Of a stretch of DNA of 64,000 nucleotides, positions 38,168 through 48,198 are shown piece after piece; the first letter of the stretch is position 1, and each line of letters starts with the position of its first letter. Location of the stretch: IMG/VR virus record IMGVR_UViG_3300046463_000164; one strand, written 5' to 3'. The translations under genes and the position numbers were made by a program. The stretch comes from a virus. Under the pieces are notes generated by a model. It had not been told where the DNA came from and ran no database searches. It saw only the letters and a list, made by a program, of their open reading frames with translations.

Positions 38168-38766
38168 CATTTCTTCTTAGTGATCCAATCATGCGCTCGC
38201 TCAAAAATCCTTGGAGGGCAATTCCACTTAAGCAGAACATCTTCAGAGTTGATATCGATCACCGGGTGGAGACCGCCTTCCAATATCAGTGCGTTATATG
38301 CTCTGGGTCGAATGATACTCAACAAATCCGGGTTGGTAACAAACAGCCGGAAAATCTCAGCGAACCATTCCATCGTATTGGGAGCATACGAAGTGATGGG
38401 CTTCTCTCCAGATATCTTGCGAATCCGGTCTGAAAAGAAGTCGCCTGACTTGTTGCGGTAGACATCCAAACCAGACTTCACTTCATCCACATGGTGACCC
38501 AACTCGTGTTGAATCACCCCATACGGAGTCCGGTCTGAGATGAAGCCCGGCCAACTGTAGTTCGGATTGCCGAAAGCACAGGCAGGAATCGACACATGAA
38601 TATTGTTGCGCCGATAATATCCGCAGGTTCCGACTGCCTTGATCTTCTTGGATTCAGGATGATCGGCTTCCCGATAAATGTGAAACGCTGGAACCGCAAT
38701 GTTGTTCTTCGCGCAAAACATGCGAGCTATCAACAATCCAGTATCGGCCAGATGATTCTTATCCAT
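38167..38766 (-). CDS. Zincin metallopeptidase-like protein
   Basis: HELGHHVD plus distal SYA...EWFAE; GGAG RBS before ATG 38766. Confidence 0.7.
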   Translation of the reverse strand: MDKNHLADTGLLIARMFCAKNNIAVPAFHIYREADHPESKKIKAVGTCGYYRRNNIHVSIPACAFGNPNYSWPGFISDRTPYGVIQHELGHHVDEVKSGLDVYRNKSGDFFSDRIRKISGEKPITSYAPNTMEWFAEIFRLFVTNPDLLSIIRPRAYNALILEGGLHPVIDINSEDVLLKWNCPPRIFERAHDWITKKK

Positions 38767-39294
38767 AGCATTCTCCGTCAGTATGCTAGTTATTATACGC
38801 CATATTACATAAAAAGAAAAGCCCTCATTTCTGAGGGCTTTTTTCACATATAGACTAGGAACATCGCCAAGAGTCCTATCACCACCGAAGCACCAAACTG
38901 CTGAAACGCTTCGATTGACTTGCTACCGGCACACAGAAACCGGACGAACATCACGATCCAAACAATAAAGATAAGGAGTGACATCAACCAAACCTCTTCA
39001 CGACATTACCGCTGATCAGATAGCTCTTACCGAAGAATCGAACACATGTCTTGCCGGTGATGATACCAGTAAGAACAATTGCGTGATACTTAATCCATTT
39101 CATCTTGAGTTGAATCTCTCCGTTAGGTCAAAGGCGCGGGCAGCGCCGCAGCTATATGAAATCTTATGTTCCAATCCTTGGTGATGGCACATCGAATGAG
39201 TCGGGTCTTTATCATTCGCAAAGGCGCATCCAGCACGAAACGGACATACCGTATGGGGAGGAATATTTCCATTCCTCAATTTGCTATTGTTCAA

Positions 39295-39588
39295 TCAGAA
39301 CCCCGATTTATAGGGTTGACGGCGTTCATAGGGCATCTGCGACGAGATTGCGGAGTAGTGATCCATGATATCCTTCGCATCCTTCAGACCCAGAGACTCC
39401 TTATACTTCTCTTGATGCCACTCGCGCAGGAACTTAATGAACGAAACCCTGTCCGCAGCATAACCGGCTTTCGCCGCGACATCGAACGTCTTGATCATGA
39501 TCGTGCCGATATAATACGGGACTTCAACAATCGACGCGCCATCCGACAACTGAAAGCGATCATACTGGTTATCTACCAAAACTGCCAT
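39295..39588 (-). CDS. Hypothetical protein with ribosomal L7/L12 CTD-like motif
   Basis: RVSFIKFLRE...LGLKDAKDIMD. Confidence 0.55.
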   Translation of the reverse strand: MAVLVDNQYDRFQLSDGASIVEVPYYIGTIMIKTFDVAAKAGYAADRVSFIKFLREWHQEKYKESLGLKDAKDIMDHYSAISSQMPYERRQPYKSGF

Positions 39589-39600
39589 TTTCTTCTTCCT

Positions 39601-39909
39601 TTAAGTTGCGAGCCAATAGCCCAAATCGTCCAAAATTCCGCGTTTCTTCAGTTCATCCACAAACTCTTGCCCGGACAGAACTGCGATCGCCATATGACCC
39701 AAGTCTTCAGGCTTCGTGCCGCAAACGACATCCGGCCATTCCTTGTTGATATCCACAATCGCAGCTTCACGAGTCGGATAACCAGCAAACGATCCGGCCA
39801 AGGAGCCGCTGTCGCCGAAGCCATAGAACAAGTGCATTTCAACTTCAGCACCAGAGGTTTCATCCTTGAACCGGTTAGTCATTTTATACCTCTTTGACTC
39901 GATACTCAC
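39601..39909 (-). CDS. Hypothetical protein
   Basis: ORF in the early - strand array. Confidence 0.5.
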   Translation of the reverse strand: MSIESKRYKMTNRFKDETSGAEVEMHLFYGFGDSGSLAGSFAGYPTREAAIVDINKEWPDVVCGTKPEDLGHMAIAVLSGQEFVDELKKRGILDDLGYWLAT

Positions 39910-40117
39910 CTTGTTTCATCATCCCCATCGCGTCTACTGCATTTGCATATGAGGAAACGGGCGGAATCACATCAAACCAGACTCCATCATAACTCTCTTG
40001 TACAACATATCGGGATTGTTTGGCCGGCACAGCCGCCATCATCGAAACTTTCTTGCCCATCGTCACACGTCCACGATTCTGGACCAAACGACTCCAACCA
40101 GTATTCAGCATCGACAC
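39884..40117 (-). CDS. Hypothetical protein
   Basis: GGAG RBS; coupled to the next ORF. Confidence 0.5.
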   Translation of the reverse strand: MSMLNTGWSRLVQNRGRVTMGKKVSMMAAVPAKQSRYVVQESYDGVWFDVIPPVSSYANAVDAMGMMKQGEYRVKEV

Positions 40118-40162
40118 AATAACTCCAATATTAATGAAAGCGGGGGAAACCCCGCCAACCGA

Positions 40163-40699
40163 TTACACGTTGACCGTGAAGGACTTCATGACGTTTTCGT
40201 GGAGATCACCGAACAGTTGCTCTGCTTTGATGATCAACACTGCATCTTCTGCGTCGCCTTCTTCAAACGCGGTATGCACACGGCCCTTATGAAGGAAAAT
40301 ACGCGAGCGGATGAACGATTCGAACCATTGAGTCGACATCGTGCCGGCGATATCACGCCCAGCGATCTCAGCCAGCTTGGAGATCAGGATGATACGTGCG
40401 GCGGGCGTCAGCGTTGAGAAGTTCAGCGAGGGAATGCCAGCAGCCAACGCGATAGAAGCCAGTTCGGCTGCGGTATACACTTCAAGCGGAAGCAGGTTCA
40501 CAAGATTGTGACCAGCGACATCACGGCCATGCGACTTCACGAAGTTGTCGTTGCTATGGCACAGAGCGGGATGACCGATGATCAGATCGCCGTTTTCTTC
40601 AACCTTCCAAGCGACAGTAGCACCGCCCTTTTGTTCGTAGTGGCCGGTTGCCTTGTTGATATCGCGCAGATGAATGAAGTAAATCTTACCAATTTGCAT
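40163..40699 (-). CDS. Hypothetical phage protein
   Basis: KGGATVA...CHSNDNF.K..GR; follows promoter TTTACT-N16-TATAAT (40750-40777, -). Confidence 0.6.
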   Translation of the reverse strand: MQIGKIYFIHLRDINKATGHYEQKGGATVAWKVEENGDLIIGHPALCHSNDNFVKSHGRDVAGHNLVNLLPLEVYTAAELASIALAAGIPSLNFSTLTPAARIILISKLAEIAGRDIAGTMSTQWFESFIRSRIFLHKGRVHTAFEEGDAEDAVLIIKAEQLFGDLHENVMKSFTVNV

Positions 40700-40857
40700 T
40701 TAAATTTCCAGTTCGTTTCGGGTTAATCGATTCGCTATCGATACATAGTATTATACGCTGACTATGCTAAAAGTAAAGATGTCTTATATGAATTATGCGA
40801 TATTCATATGTAAACAGCTAACTGCAGCGGTCAACAAAATCGACAAGATAATGAGTT

Positions 40858-41394
40858 TCATTTTTCACCTAAGAGTGCCCTTGCTTTAATATAAGCTTGG
40901 AAGGTTAATCCATCATAACAATCGCATTTGACGTGGTAGTCTCCATACGGAGCAATATCAGAATCATCATCCAGGATAATAAACATCTTGGTGATGAGAT
41001 CGTTTCGCTTGAGCCAATCCTTGATCTCAGCCCCACGACGATTGTCCGGATCAGAGTAATTGCGTAAACTCTGAGCCGTTCTCCATTCTGTATCTGACCT
41101 TAGAACATAAGAACCAAGATTTGGACAGGCCGCATTTAGGATCGATGCAAACGATAGATAGTTGATATCACCCAAACGCCAGGTTGAAGAGATAACCAAC
41201 TTACAATCGAAGTCTTCACAGAGTCGCCGTAGCAGCAAACAAGCGATTGGATCTAGATACGACCAGCATCCAAAATTACCCGAAGCGATGCAGGCGCGTG
41301 GGGTACATAATACCCCGTCCATGTCCAGGAAGATGATATTGCTTGCAGTTTGATATTGGGCAAGATTAATTGCCTCTACTAATTCTTCTCGCAA
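40858..41394 (-). CDS. HAD-domain protein (Swiss-army-knife RNA repair-like HAD)
   Basis: IFLDMDGVL, VISSTWR, RGAEIKDWL, IILDDDSD. Confidence 0.8.
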   Translation of the reverse strand: MREELVEAINLAQYQTASNIIFLDMDGVLCTPRACIASGNFGCWSYLDPIACLLLRRLCEDFDCKLVISSTWRLGDINYLSFASILNAACPNLGSYVLRSDTEWRTAQSLRNYSDPDNRRGAEIKDWLKRNDLITKMFIILDDDSDIAPYGDYHVKCDCYDGLTFQAYIKARALLGEK

Positions 41395-41633
41395 GTATAT
41401 TCCTTACAAAATGCGTCTTTTTCTTCTTGAGTGGTGTATCTGGAAGCATCGCAAATCACGTCTTCATAATACATTGGTTGGAGGACGATAGTTGCGGTGT
41501 TTCCATTCATCACCGTGATCGGAACTAATTGTAGACCGGATTCGTGATGGCTCCTGATACATACCGTCTCAGGCGGGTGTCGAGCACAACCCGCCATAAC
41601 AAGTAGTATCAGAACGGTTAGCATTTTCTTCAC
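41379..41633 (-). CDS. Small lipoprotein
   Basis: MKKMLTVLILLVMAGC lipobox. Confidence 0.6.
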   Translation of the reverse strand: MKKMLTVLILLVMAGCARHPPETVCIRSHHESGLQLVPITVMNGNTATIVLQPMYYEDVICDASRYTTQEEKDAFCKEYTCEKN

Positions 41634-41851
41634 TTCAGGAATTCCTTCATTTGAATATCAGTAAGAGAATTGAGATGCTCTCTGATATTGTCCGTGTATC
41701 CGGCATGAGGGTGGATGAACGACTTTGTCTTGCCGGTCTGGGCGTCACGCAAAACCGACCTGAAGTCATCATCAACCAAAAGGAAATAAAACGAATACCG
41801 ATCAGAAGATTGTTTAATCATGGTTTCCACAACCAGCTCAATAGACCCCAA
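41630..41851 (-). CDS. Hypothetical protein
   Basis: Coupled ORF. Confidence 0.45.
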   Translation of the reverse strand: MGSIELVVETMIKQSSDRYSFYFLLVDDDFRSVLRDAQTGKTKSFIHPHAGYTDNIREHLNSLTDIQMKEFLK

Positions 41852-42093
41852 AGGGTTTGATTTCCGGTGTAATATGTATTGTAATAATAGATATCACCGA
41901 TGCCGATACCAACAATGGACAACATCATAATCCAAACGATTATACCTGCCACAAAGATATCCTGCAAGTCACCCTCGCGGACAATCAAGGTCATTATCCC
42001 GATGAAAATGCATACCAGAAAAATCGCCTGAGTCAAAAGACTGCACTTGATACCAATGACGACGCACAACAAGATAATTGGAATCATCAACAT
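41818..42093 (-). CDS. Small membrane protein
   Basis: Three hydrophobic segments; AAGGAG RBS. Confidence 0.5.
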   Translation of the reverse strand: MLMIPIILLCVVIGIKCSLLTQAIFLVCIFIGIMTLIVREGDLQDIFVAGIIVWIMMLSIVGIGIGDIYYYNTYYTGNQTLWGLLSWLWKP

Positions 42094-42105
42094 TTCATTT
42101 CTCCT

Positions 42106-42300
42106 TTAGCGGCTCAGCACGTGCTGGCAATACATCCATGAATGATCTTGGCGACACTCGTGCCAGATGTCGATGTCGTAGCTGATGCTGAGGTAGACTA
42201 TGGTGAATGTTGCTAGCAACACCAAACCCACAGCCAGCCACCCAATAAGTTTGTCCATCAACGAACGCTTACGTTTAACTTGTCTCATCATTTGCTCCAC
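42106..42300 (-). CDS. Small membrane protein
   Basis: One TM segment; overlaps the telA end. Confidence 0.5.
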   Translation of the reverse strand: MEQMMRQVKRKRSLMDKLIGWLAVGLVLLATFTIVYLSISYDIDIWHECRQDHSWMYCQHVLSR

Positions 42301-43427
42301 GAAAGCATTTCGGTTTTCATTTCATTCCGCAGAACATCGATTCGATTCGAAGCCTCAATACGTTCTTGATGGCCCTTCTCTTGGATGTCCTTCACGGCAT
42401 GGACGCTGTCGATCAGAGTCTTTTGCATGAACTCCAGGGTATCCATATCCACAACCGAGCGTTCGGATGCTTGGGCCACAGCGATTGCATTCTGGCCGTT
42501 CAGCTCAGCCGCCTTACGGAAGAATTCGTTTGTCTTGTCGTCCACTTGTGTGCTCAGTTCCGCATTTTCCTTCTGCTTGATCTTCAGAATTGTCATAGAC
42601 AATTGCTTTTTCCAAGCAGGGATAGTTGTATTAACCAGATCGCTGAACTTCTGATACAGCGCCGTATTACCGGATTGAATCTGGCGAATTTCTGGTGCAG
42701 TCAGGAGAGCAATCTGTTGAAGCCGCTTCAGACGGTCAACTTGCTTATCCCACAGCTTAATCCGCTGTTCAAGCTCATTGACTTCCTGGATGAAGAACTG
42801 ATCGGTTGACTTCTCAGCTTCAACCTTCTTGATCGCGTGTTCTTGACCGAGAACTTGAATCTCAGCTTCGATTTCAGCGATTGCTTTCTCAAGCCCGCGA
42901 TATTCTTCCAGATTGGCGTCATACAGCTTATCCAGAAACTCATTATCCTGCTCCATCGTCTTGCTGCGACTGGTTAGATCAGTGGCAACTTTGTCGATGG
43001 AGGTGCTGGTGTTCTCGAATTGAGCCAGAACTTCAACCCTTTTCTTCTTGAAGAAAGAAGTCACCCCGCCAAACCAACCGCCCTTCTTGTCTACATTCAG
43101 ATCAGCAACGTTGACCTGTGACGTCAGGGAAAGAATCTGGGTGATGCCATCCCCAAAGTCGCCCATCTTGCCGGTCGTAGTTTTCTTCACAACGACATCG
43201 GCCAGTTCAGCAATCTTCTTACCGTGCTCAGTGCCATACTCGCTGATCTTCATCGAACTCTTGATGCCATTCGACTTCACGAGAGCCGTCTGACGAACCT
43301 GAACCAACTGCTGATTGGTCGGAATGTCTTGCACAAACTGAACGTTATGCGGGTTGGTTCCTGTAACCGTTCCGGTCATAACAGGCTTGGTCTTAGGCAC
43401 ATCTTCAAACAAATTACCGTAACTCAT
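42288..43427 (-). CDS. TelA-family toxic anion resistance protein
   Basis: LDKLYDANLEEY, QQIALLTAPEIRQIQSGN, TTIPAWKKQL, VVDMDTL. Confidence 0.85.
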   Translation of the reverse strand: MSYGNLFEDVPKTKPVMTGTVTGTNPHNVQFVQDIPTNQQLVQVRQTALVKSNGIKSSMKISEYGTEHGKKIAELADVVVKKTTTGKMGDFGDGITQILSLTSQVNVADLNVDKKGGWFGGVTSFFKKKRVEVLAQFENTSTSIDKVATDLTSRSKTMEQDNEFLDKLYDANLEEYRGLEKAIAEIEAEIQVLGQEHAIKKVEAEKSTDQFFIQEVNELEQRIKLWDKQVDRLKRLQQIALLTAPEIRQIQSGNTALYQKFSDLVNTTIPAWKKQLSMTILKIKQKENAELSTQVDDKTNEFFRKAAELNGQNAIAVAQASERSVVDMDTLEFMQKTLIDSVHAVKDIQEKGHQERIEASNRIDVLRNEMKTEMLSWSK

Positions 43428-43436
43428 ATGTTTCCT

Positions 43437-43667
43437 TTAACCGCCTATAGGCACAAGCTTCAGTTGTTGCTTGGGCGGGAGATTGTCAATATACTGGTGA
43501 TCCTTCAACCAGGTCTGAATGAGGATAATCGACTTCGCGTCATCCGCATAGAACAAATCAGGCCACGTAACCTTGGGGATATAATAGACGATGAAGCGTT
43601 GCCCCATCCTCAAATGATCTCCCTTGTTCCGGTTATGCTCCTGCATGAAAAAGTTGAAGCTCTTCAC
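43437..43667 (-). CDS. Hypothetical protein
   Basis: LRMGQRF...WPDLFY pattern; coupled ORF. Confidence 0.5.
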   Translation of the reverse strand: MKSFNFFMQEHNRNKGDHLRMGQRFIVYYIPKVTWPDLFYADDAKSIILIQTWLKDHQYIDNLPPKQQLKLVPIGG

Positions 43668-44461
43668 AAAATTCCTTTCAGTGCCGTAGAAATATCTTGC
43701 AATCCATCCTTTCCGCTGATAACCGCCGATCTGATAACATTCTCAATAATCGGGATGACGGTCGATTCTAGTTCTTCAATGAACGTCTGGTTCTGCTTAC
43801 AGACTTTCTCCATATCATCCAATTGTCCCGCATTCAACTTCATCAGAGCGTAGGACTTCACAAACATCTGCTGACGTCTGATGACCAAATCCTTCAGGAC
43901 TGGATCTTTACAACGATCCGTTAGATAATTCAGAGCAAAGATCGTATCGTTCAGATTGTTATCAATCCGCTCCATAATCCTCTTAGCTTCTCTCAACCCT
44001 TCGATGAAAGGGTTGAGTTGGTATTGCTCCTTAATGCGAAACATTTCCAGCGCTTTGGTCAATCTAATCTTGACCTCATCCCGGATTTCCGCTGGGCTGG
44101 AATGACGCTTAGGACGACGCAGGAAGCCGATAAACCCTTTAGCCTTACTATCTCCCTCGATCAGCGCTAGAGCCTCTAGGATCAGCATTTTAGGCGGTTC
44201 TAGCGCATCCTTTAGTGCTGCGAAGTCGGTGACTACCTGATCAACGCACTTATTCGCTTCAGTTGCTTCAGCAATATTGAAATCACCAATGACCCCAACA
44301 TCGCTAGGCTTCAGATTGATCGGCTGAATCGAATTGAGAATGTAGTTGATTCGCTTCGCAGTCGTCTTAGTCGAAACGGCATTCAACCAATCCTTGATAT
44401 CTGCTAGAGGATCAATAGGCGCAGATTCAGCGCCAAACATTCCACTATAACGGCTCATCAA
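43664..44461 (-). CDS. Helical protein, possibly a divergent TelA-like partner
   Basis: All-helical; KGFIGFL and C-terminal TVIP echo TelA; lies in the same cluster. Confidence 0.5.
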   Translation of the reverse strand: MMSRYSGMFGAESAPIDPLADIKDWLNAVSTKTTAKRINYILNSIQPINLKPSDVGVIGDFNIAEATEANKCVDQVVTDFAALKDALEPPKMLILEALALIEGDSKAKGFIGFLRRPKRHSSPAEIRDEVKIRLTKALEMFRIKEQYQLNPFIEGLREAKRIMERIDNNLNDTIFALNYLTDRCKDPVLKDLVIRRQQMFVKSYALMKLNAGQLDDMEKVCKQNQTFIEELESTVIPIIENVIRSAVISGKDGLQDISTALKGIL

Positions 44462-44655
44462 TACCTCTTAACGTGAACCATATGACCGCAGGGCGGGCAG
44501 GTGATGAAATATTCGGTCTCGCTGCAGCCATCATAGTCCTTGTAGCGATGCTCTTGAATATCCTTCGGAATATATTCCAACGTCACGCCACAGTTACGAC
44601 AAACAACTTCCTTCACAACACTCGGATGCGGAGTTGTGGAAATAACCTTAACCAT
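44458..44655 (-). CDS. Zn-ribbon protein
   Basis: CRNC...CPPC. Confidence 0.6.
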   Translation of the reverse strand: MVKVISTTPHPSVVKEVVCRNCGVTLEYIPKDIQEHRYKDYDGCSETEYFITCPPCGHMVHVKRY

Positions 44656-44902
44656 TTGCTTCCTGCTCCTTCTTGACTTCAGCCTGAGCCATATGATACA
44701 AGGTCGTCAGCTTACGCAGCGGTTTCTCTCCGCTGATCATCATACCCGGCACACCAATTTGCTTCAGAGTTTCAACTACTTGTTCAGCAAGGGTCATATC
44801 TACCACGTCTCCATAAAACGTAAATGCTTCGTTGCGAGTACCGCCTTGGCTTACATTCTTCATAGATTCAGCCATAGCCTTGAAATACGGTAAAGCGGAC
44901 AT
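44648..44902 (-). CDS. Hypothetical protein
   Basis: GGAG RBS with a TATAAT upstream. Confidence 0.5.
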   Translation of the reverse strand: MSALPYFKAMAESMKNVSQGGTRNEAFTFYGDVVDMTLAEQVVETLKQIGVPGMMISGEKPLRKLTTLYHMAQAEVKKEQEANG

Positions 44903-44995
44903 ATTTTCTCCAGGGTAACTAAGGAAATTATACTATGGCGATGGATAAAAGAAAAGAGGCGACATAATGTCGCCTCTGATCCTAACTATGAAACT

Positions 44996-46039
44996 TTAAC
45001 GTACCGCATCACACCAATACAGCACTGAGCTACCTTGGAACAGCTTACGGTTAGTCGAAGTCGATTGGATGAAGATAGTGAACTTGCTGTGGTCACCAGG
45101 AACCAAGCGGACATCACCCGATTGCGGCAGACCCAAGAGATCACGAGCCGCTGCCCCGCCATACACAACCGCAGACTTCTTGTCCTTGATCACAATCTTC
45201 TTGTAATCTTGAACCCGGCGTTCAGTCTTGGTCAGCTCATAGAAAGCCGCACCCTTGACGTAAGGCTTGCCAGTGCGGGATTCAACAAACGGCATAATCT
45301 CCGTACCATCATCAGCAGCCAGAACCTTGTAGATATTCACTTGGTCCGAAATATCAGTCAGCGCCGCTTTCACGTCCTTGGTCTTAACATCAGACAAGTC
45401 TGTGTAGAACGTCGAAGTAGACTTGACGCCAGCTGAACGAGCCGCATAGAAGCCCTTCATTGCCTGAGTCGTAGCTGCGGTTGCAACTTCCACGCCCTTA
45501 GCCGTCTGATCCCATTCCAAGATATTGCCGCCAGGGATACCCAGCGCTTCCAGACGACGCTTGGAACCGCGCGGAACGCGGAACACGAACGTCCAACGAT
45601 CAGTAGCTTGCAGTCGAACAATCTCGCGTCCGATGGTCGAACCCGAATAACGTTTGGACGAATTGTCATCACCATCGGTAATGACCATCACGAGGAAAGA
45701 AACCGTCTCAAGATGAGCATCCGGCTGACGCTTAAATTGCTCGATCAGATCACCAACCGAGTCAAAAAGAGGCGTCGAGCTACCATCCGCCTTATAGGCT
45801 TGCGGATCAAGCGTCTTCAGAGCCGTGACGCTGGCGAGCGTTGTTTCGAACACGTTACTTGCCGGGCGACCAGTCCCACACTTAACTACGCTGACGATCG
45901 TGTCCTGACTGTAAGCAATTGCTTCTTCCTTAATGGTCGAGATATTGCTGTTATAGTCCTTAGCAGCCGCCGAAGCAATACCGCCCATCGAAGCCGAGTG
46001 ATCACGGCTGATACCAATGTAATTCTTAATCTGCGACAT
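44996..46039 (-). CDS. vWA-domain protein
   Basis: MIDAS DHSASM, STPLFDS, VITDGDDN. Confidence 0.85.
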   Translation of the reverse strand: MSQIKNYIGISRDHSASMGGIASAAAKDYNSNISTIKEEAIAYSQDTIVSVVKCGTGRPASNVFETTLASVTALKTLDPQAYKADGSSTPLFDSVGDLIEQFKRQPDAHLETVSFLVMVITDGDDNSSKRYSGSTIGREIVRLQATDRWTFVFRVPRGSKRRLEALGIPGGNILEWDQTAKGVEVATAATTQAMKGFYAARSAGVKSTSTFYTDLSDVKTKDVKAALTDISDQVNIYKVLAADDGTEIMPFVESRTGKPYVKGAAFYELTKTERRVQDYKKIVIKDKKSAVVYGGAAARDLLGLPQSGDVRLVPGDHSKFTIFIQSTSTNRKLFQGSSVLYWCDAVR

Positions 46040-46042
46040 TTC

Positions 46043-46219
46043 TTATTCCTTGTTAAAAATTCGATATAACCAACCAGATCCACTGTAGCCGTCATTGAAA
46101 TAACGACGCTCGACGGCTTCCAACCAAATCCATTGATGATCTAGGGTTTTGATTGGAAACCAAGCATACCATCTATTCCAGTGTTCTCTGATAATTGGAG
46201 GTTTTCCCTGCCATTGCAT
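46043..46219 (-). CDS. Small Trp-rich hypothetical protein (below the ORF-track cutoff)
   Basis: Translated by hand: MQWQGK...WNRWYAWFPI...WIWLEAVERR; coupled to the terD stop. Confidence 0.5.
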   Translation of the reverse strand: MQWQGKPPIIREHWNRWYAWFPIKTLDHQWIWLEAVERRYFNDGYSGSGWLYRIFNKE

Positions 46220-46827
46220 TAATAGCCCGGAACCTTGAACGCCGTGAAGAAGTCGCCCAGCGATTTGTTGAAACCTTCACCAACCGCTTGCATGACCCAC
46301 TCGCCGCTGCCGTTCTTCTTGAACTCCACAAACATCATAGCCACTGCCGTCGATGCGTCGTCGCTCAGGTTGTAGACAGCCAGTTCCTTATCCTTGTCGT
46401 CATACACCTTGCAGTAAGCATCATCGACCTGACCGAAGTTTTGGCCGCGTGCAACTGCTTCGTGGATGGTCACAACGATAGCGACGCGCGAGGCTTCAGC
46501 CGGCATCGCACCAAAGTTGATATTGATTTGCTCATCATCGCTATCTGCGCTGCTGCCGCCAGTACGGTCGTCACCGGAGTGCTTCGCAACTCCGCCCGGC
46601 AGTTCTTGTTGACCATAAAAGCATACCCAACCGTCTTCAGCGCCAGGCAGTGTGATAACACGACCAAACGGACTCCCATCCTCTTTAAGAACGAACAACG
46701 AAGCATCCAGGTCAAAGTCGGCCTGAGTGTCAAACTTCTTAGGCTTCCAGCCCAGACCAACGATTGCTTGCTTGAGACCGAACTCTTTGCTCAGATTGAG
46801 CTTTTGACCCTTCGACAGATTCAACAT
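46219..46827 (-). CDS. terD: TerD-family stress protein
   Basis: LSKGQKLNL, VGLGW, FDLDAS, HSGDDRTG, DDEQI, RGQNFGQV, AVGEG. Confidence 0.92.
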   Translation of the reverse strand: MLNLSKGQKLNLSKEFGLKQAIVGLGWKPKKFDTQADFDLDASLFVLKEDGSPFGRVITLPGAEDGWVCFYGQQELPGGVAKHSGDDRTGGSSADSDDEQININFGAMPAEASRVAIVVTIHEAVARGQNFGQVDDAYCKVYDDKDKELAVYNLSDDASTAVAMMFVEFKKNGSGEWVMQAVGEGFNKSLGDFFTAFKVPGY

Positions 46828-46842
46828 TTCTACAATTCCTTG

Positions 46843-47067
46843 TTACAAAAGTTTGTTGATACGATTAAACAACTTGTTAGCATACTTCGTTTCGCCGTCA
46901 CGAACGCCTTCATCATAAGCATTCATTACGCCATCTTGGAGATTTTCGTAAGGCGTGGGTTCATGATCTGGCCACGCGTCACTAATTACGTCCCTCAATA
47001 GACCCGTCAGTTCAACCGACAGGCCTAAAGAGCAGAGTTGAGCTTCTACTTCAGGCCGAATCCTCAC
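46843..47067 (-). CDS. Hypothetical protein
   Basis: Coupled ORF between the terC-like gene and terD. Confidence 0.45.
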   Translation of the reverse strand: MRIRPEVEAQLCSLGLSVELTGLLRDVISDAWPDHEPTPYENLQDGVMNAYDEGVRDGETKYANKLFNRINKLL

Positions 47068-48092
47068 GCAGTTACTGCCTTTGCTTCAGCCTTATTGGCA
47101 ATCAGAGAATGTACCACAGCGATGCCGAGAATGATTGCAGCCGACAACCCCGATACAACTTCAGGAATATCGACAACCGTACCAGCGAACATCATAGCCG
47201 TCAATACACCAATCGACCAGAACGCGCCGTGTTCGAGATATGGCAGACCGCCAAGCGTGTCCTTTTCAACCATATGAATGGTCATCGAGCGAACGAACAT
47301 CGAACCGATACCAAGACCCAGACCGATCAGGATGATGCTATTCGATACCGCAAATGCGCCAACCACACCGTCGAACGAGAAAGTTGCATCCAATACATTT
47401 AGGTAGATGAACATACCCAGACCGGACTTTGCTGCAGTCGATACACCCGCCCCACCACCAAGCTTTTCGCCAAGATATTGAACCGCAAGCCAGGATGCTG
47501 TGCCGGCAGAGGAAGCAACCGCGAACTCAAATCCTTGGTCGACCGGAATAACAAGATACTGGACAACGACTTCAATAATGCCAGCCAACAGAACGATACC
47601 CCAATTACCAAAACCGCTCAACTTACTCAGAAGCGTTTCGATGCCTGGAATCCAATGTTGCTCCTTTTCTTCATCCATCATAAAGGCCAGGAATACCATC
47701 AGCAAGAAAGAACCGCCAAAGCCAGCAATCTTCACATGAGCCACGCTAACCGTCGCTGCATATAATTGAGCATTCTCGAATGGGAGTGTCGCAGATTGCA
47801 CTAGCGATAGAGAACTTGTACCCCATACAATCAGGATCGGGAACAGTACCCGAACGAAGAACACCGAGAACACCATCCCCCAAGTCAAGAAGCGATGTCG
47901 CCAGGTATGATCCAGGTCTTTGAGAACTTTGGCGTTGACTACCGCATTGTCCAGAGACACCGAGGTTTCGAGAACCCCCAGAATTGCCGCAAGGAAAGCC
48001 CCTTGCAAGCCTGCGACTGCGTAACAGATCAGGATCGCAACAACCGTAAAGATGAAACTTCCAGTGTAATACTTCTTCAAAGTCGGAAACAT
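47064..48092 (-). CDS. TerC-like (DUF475) integral membrane protein
   Basis: LETSVSLDNAVVNA, RFLTWG, LDATFSFDGVVGAFA, YLEHGA; about 9 TM segments. Confidence 0.88.
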   Translation of the reverse strand: MFPTLKKYYTGSFIFTVVAILICYAVAGLQGAFLAAILGVLETSVSLDNAVVNAKVLKDLDHTWRHRFLTWGMVFSVFFVRVLFPILIVWGTSSLSLVQSATLPFENAQLYAATVSVAHVKIAGFGGSFLLMVFLAFMMDEEKEQHWIPGIETLLSKLSGFGNWGIVLLAGIIEVVVQYLVIPVDQGFEFAVASSAGTASWLAVQYLGEKLGGGAGVSTAAKSGLGMFIYLNVLDATFSFDGVVGAFAVSNSIILIGLGLGIGSMFVRSMTIHMVEKDTLGGLPYLEHGAFWSIGVLTAMMFAGTVVDIPEVVSGLSAAIILGIAVVHSLIANKAEAKAVTA

Positions 48093-48198
48093 TAGGTACA
48101 ACTCCTACATAAAAGGATGATGAATATAAAGAGGGCAACAACCGTACCGAGGTCCATTGCCACCGCAAACAGAGAGTCCACAAATGGGACTTCGGGAT

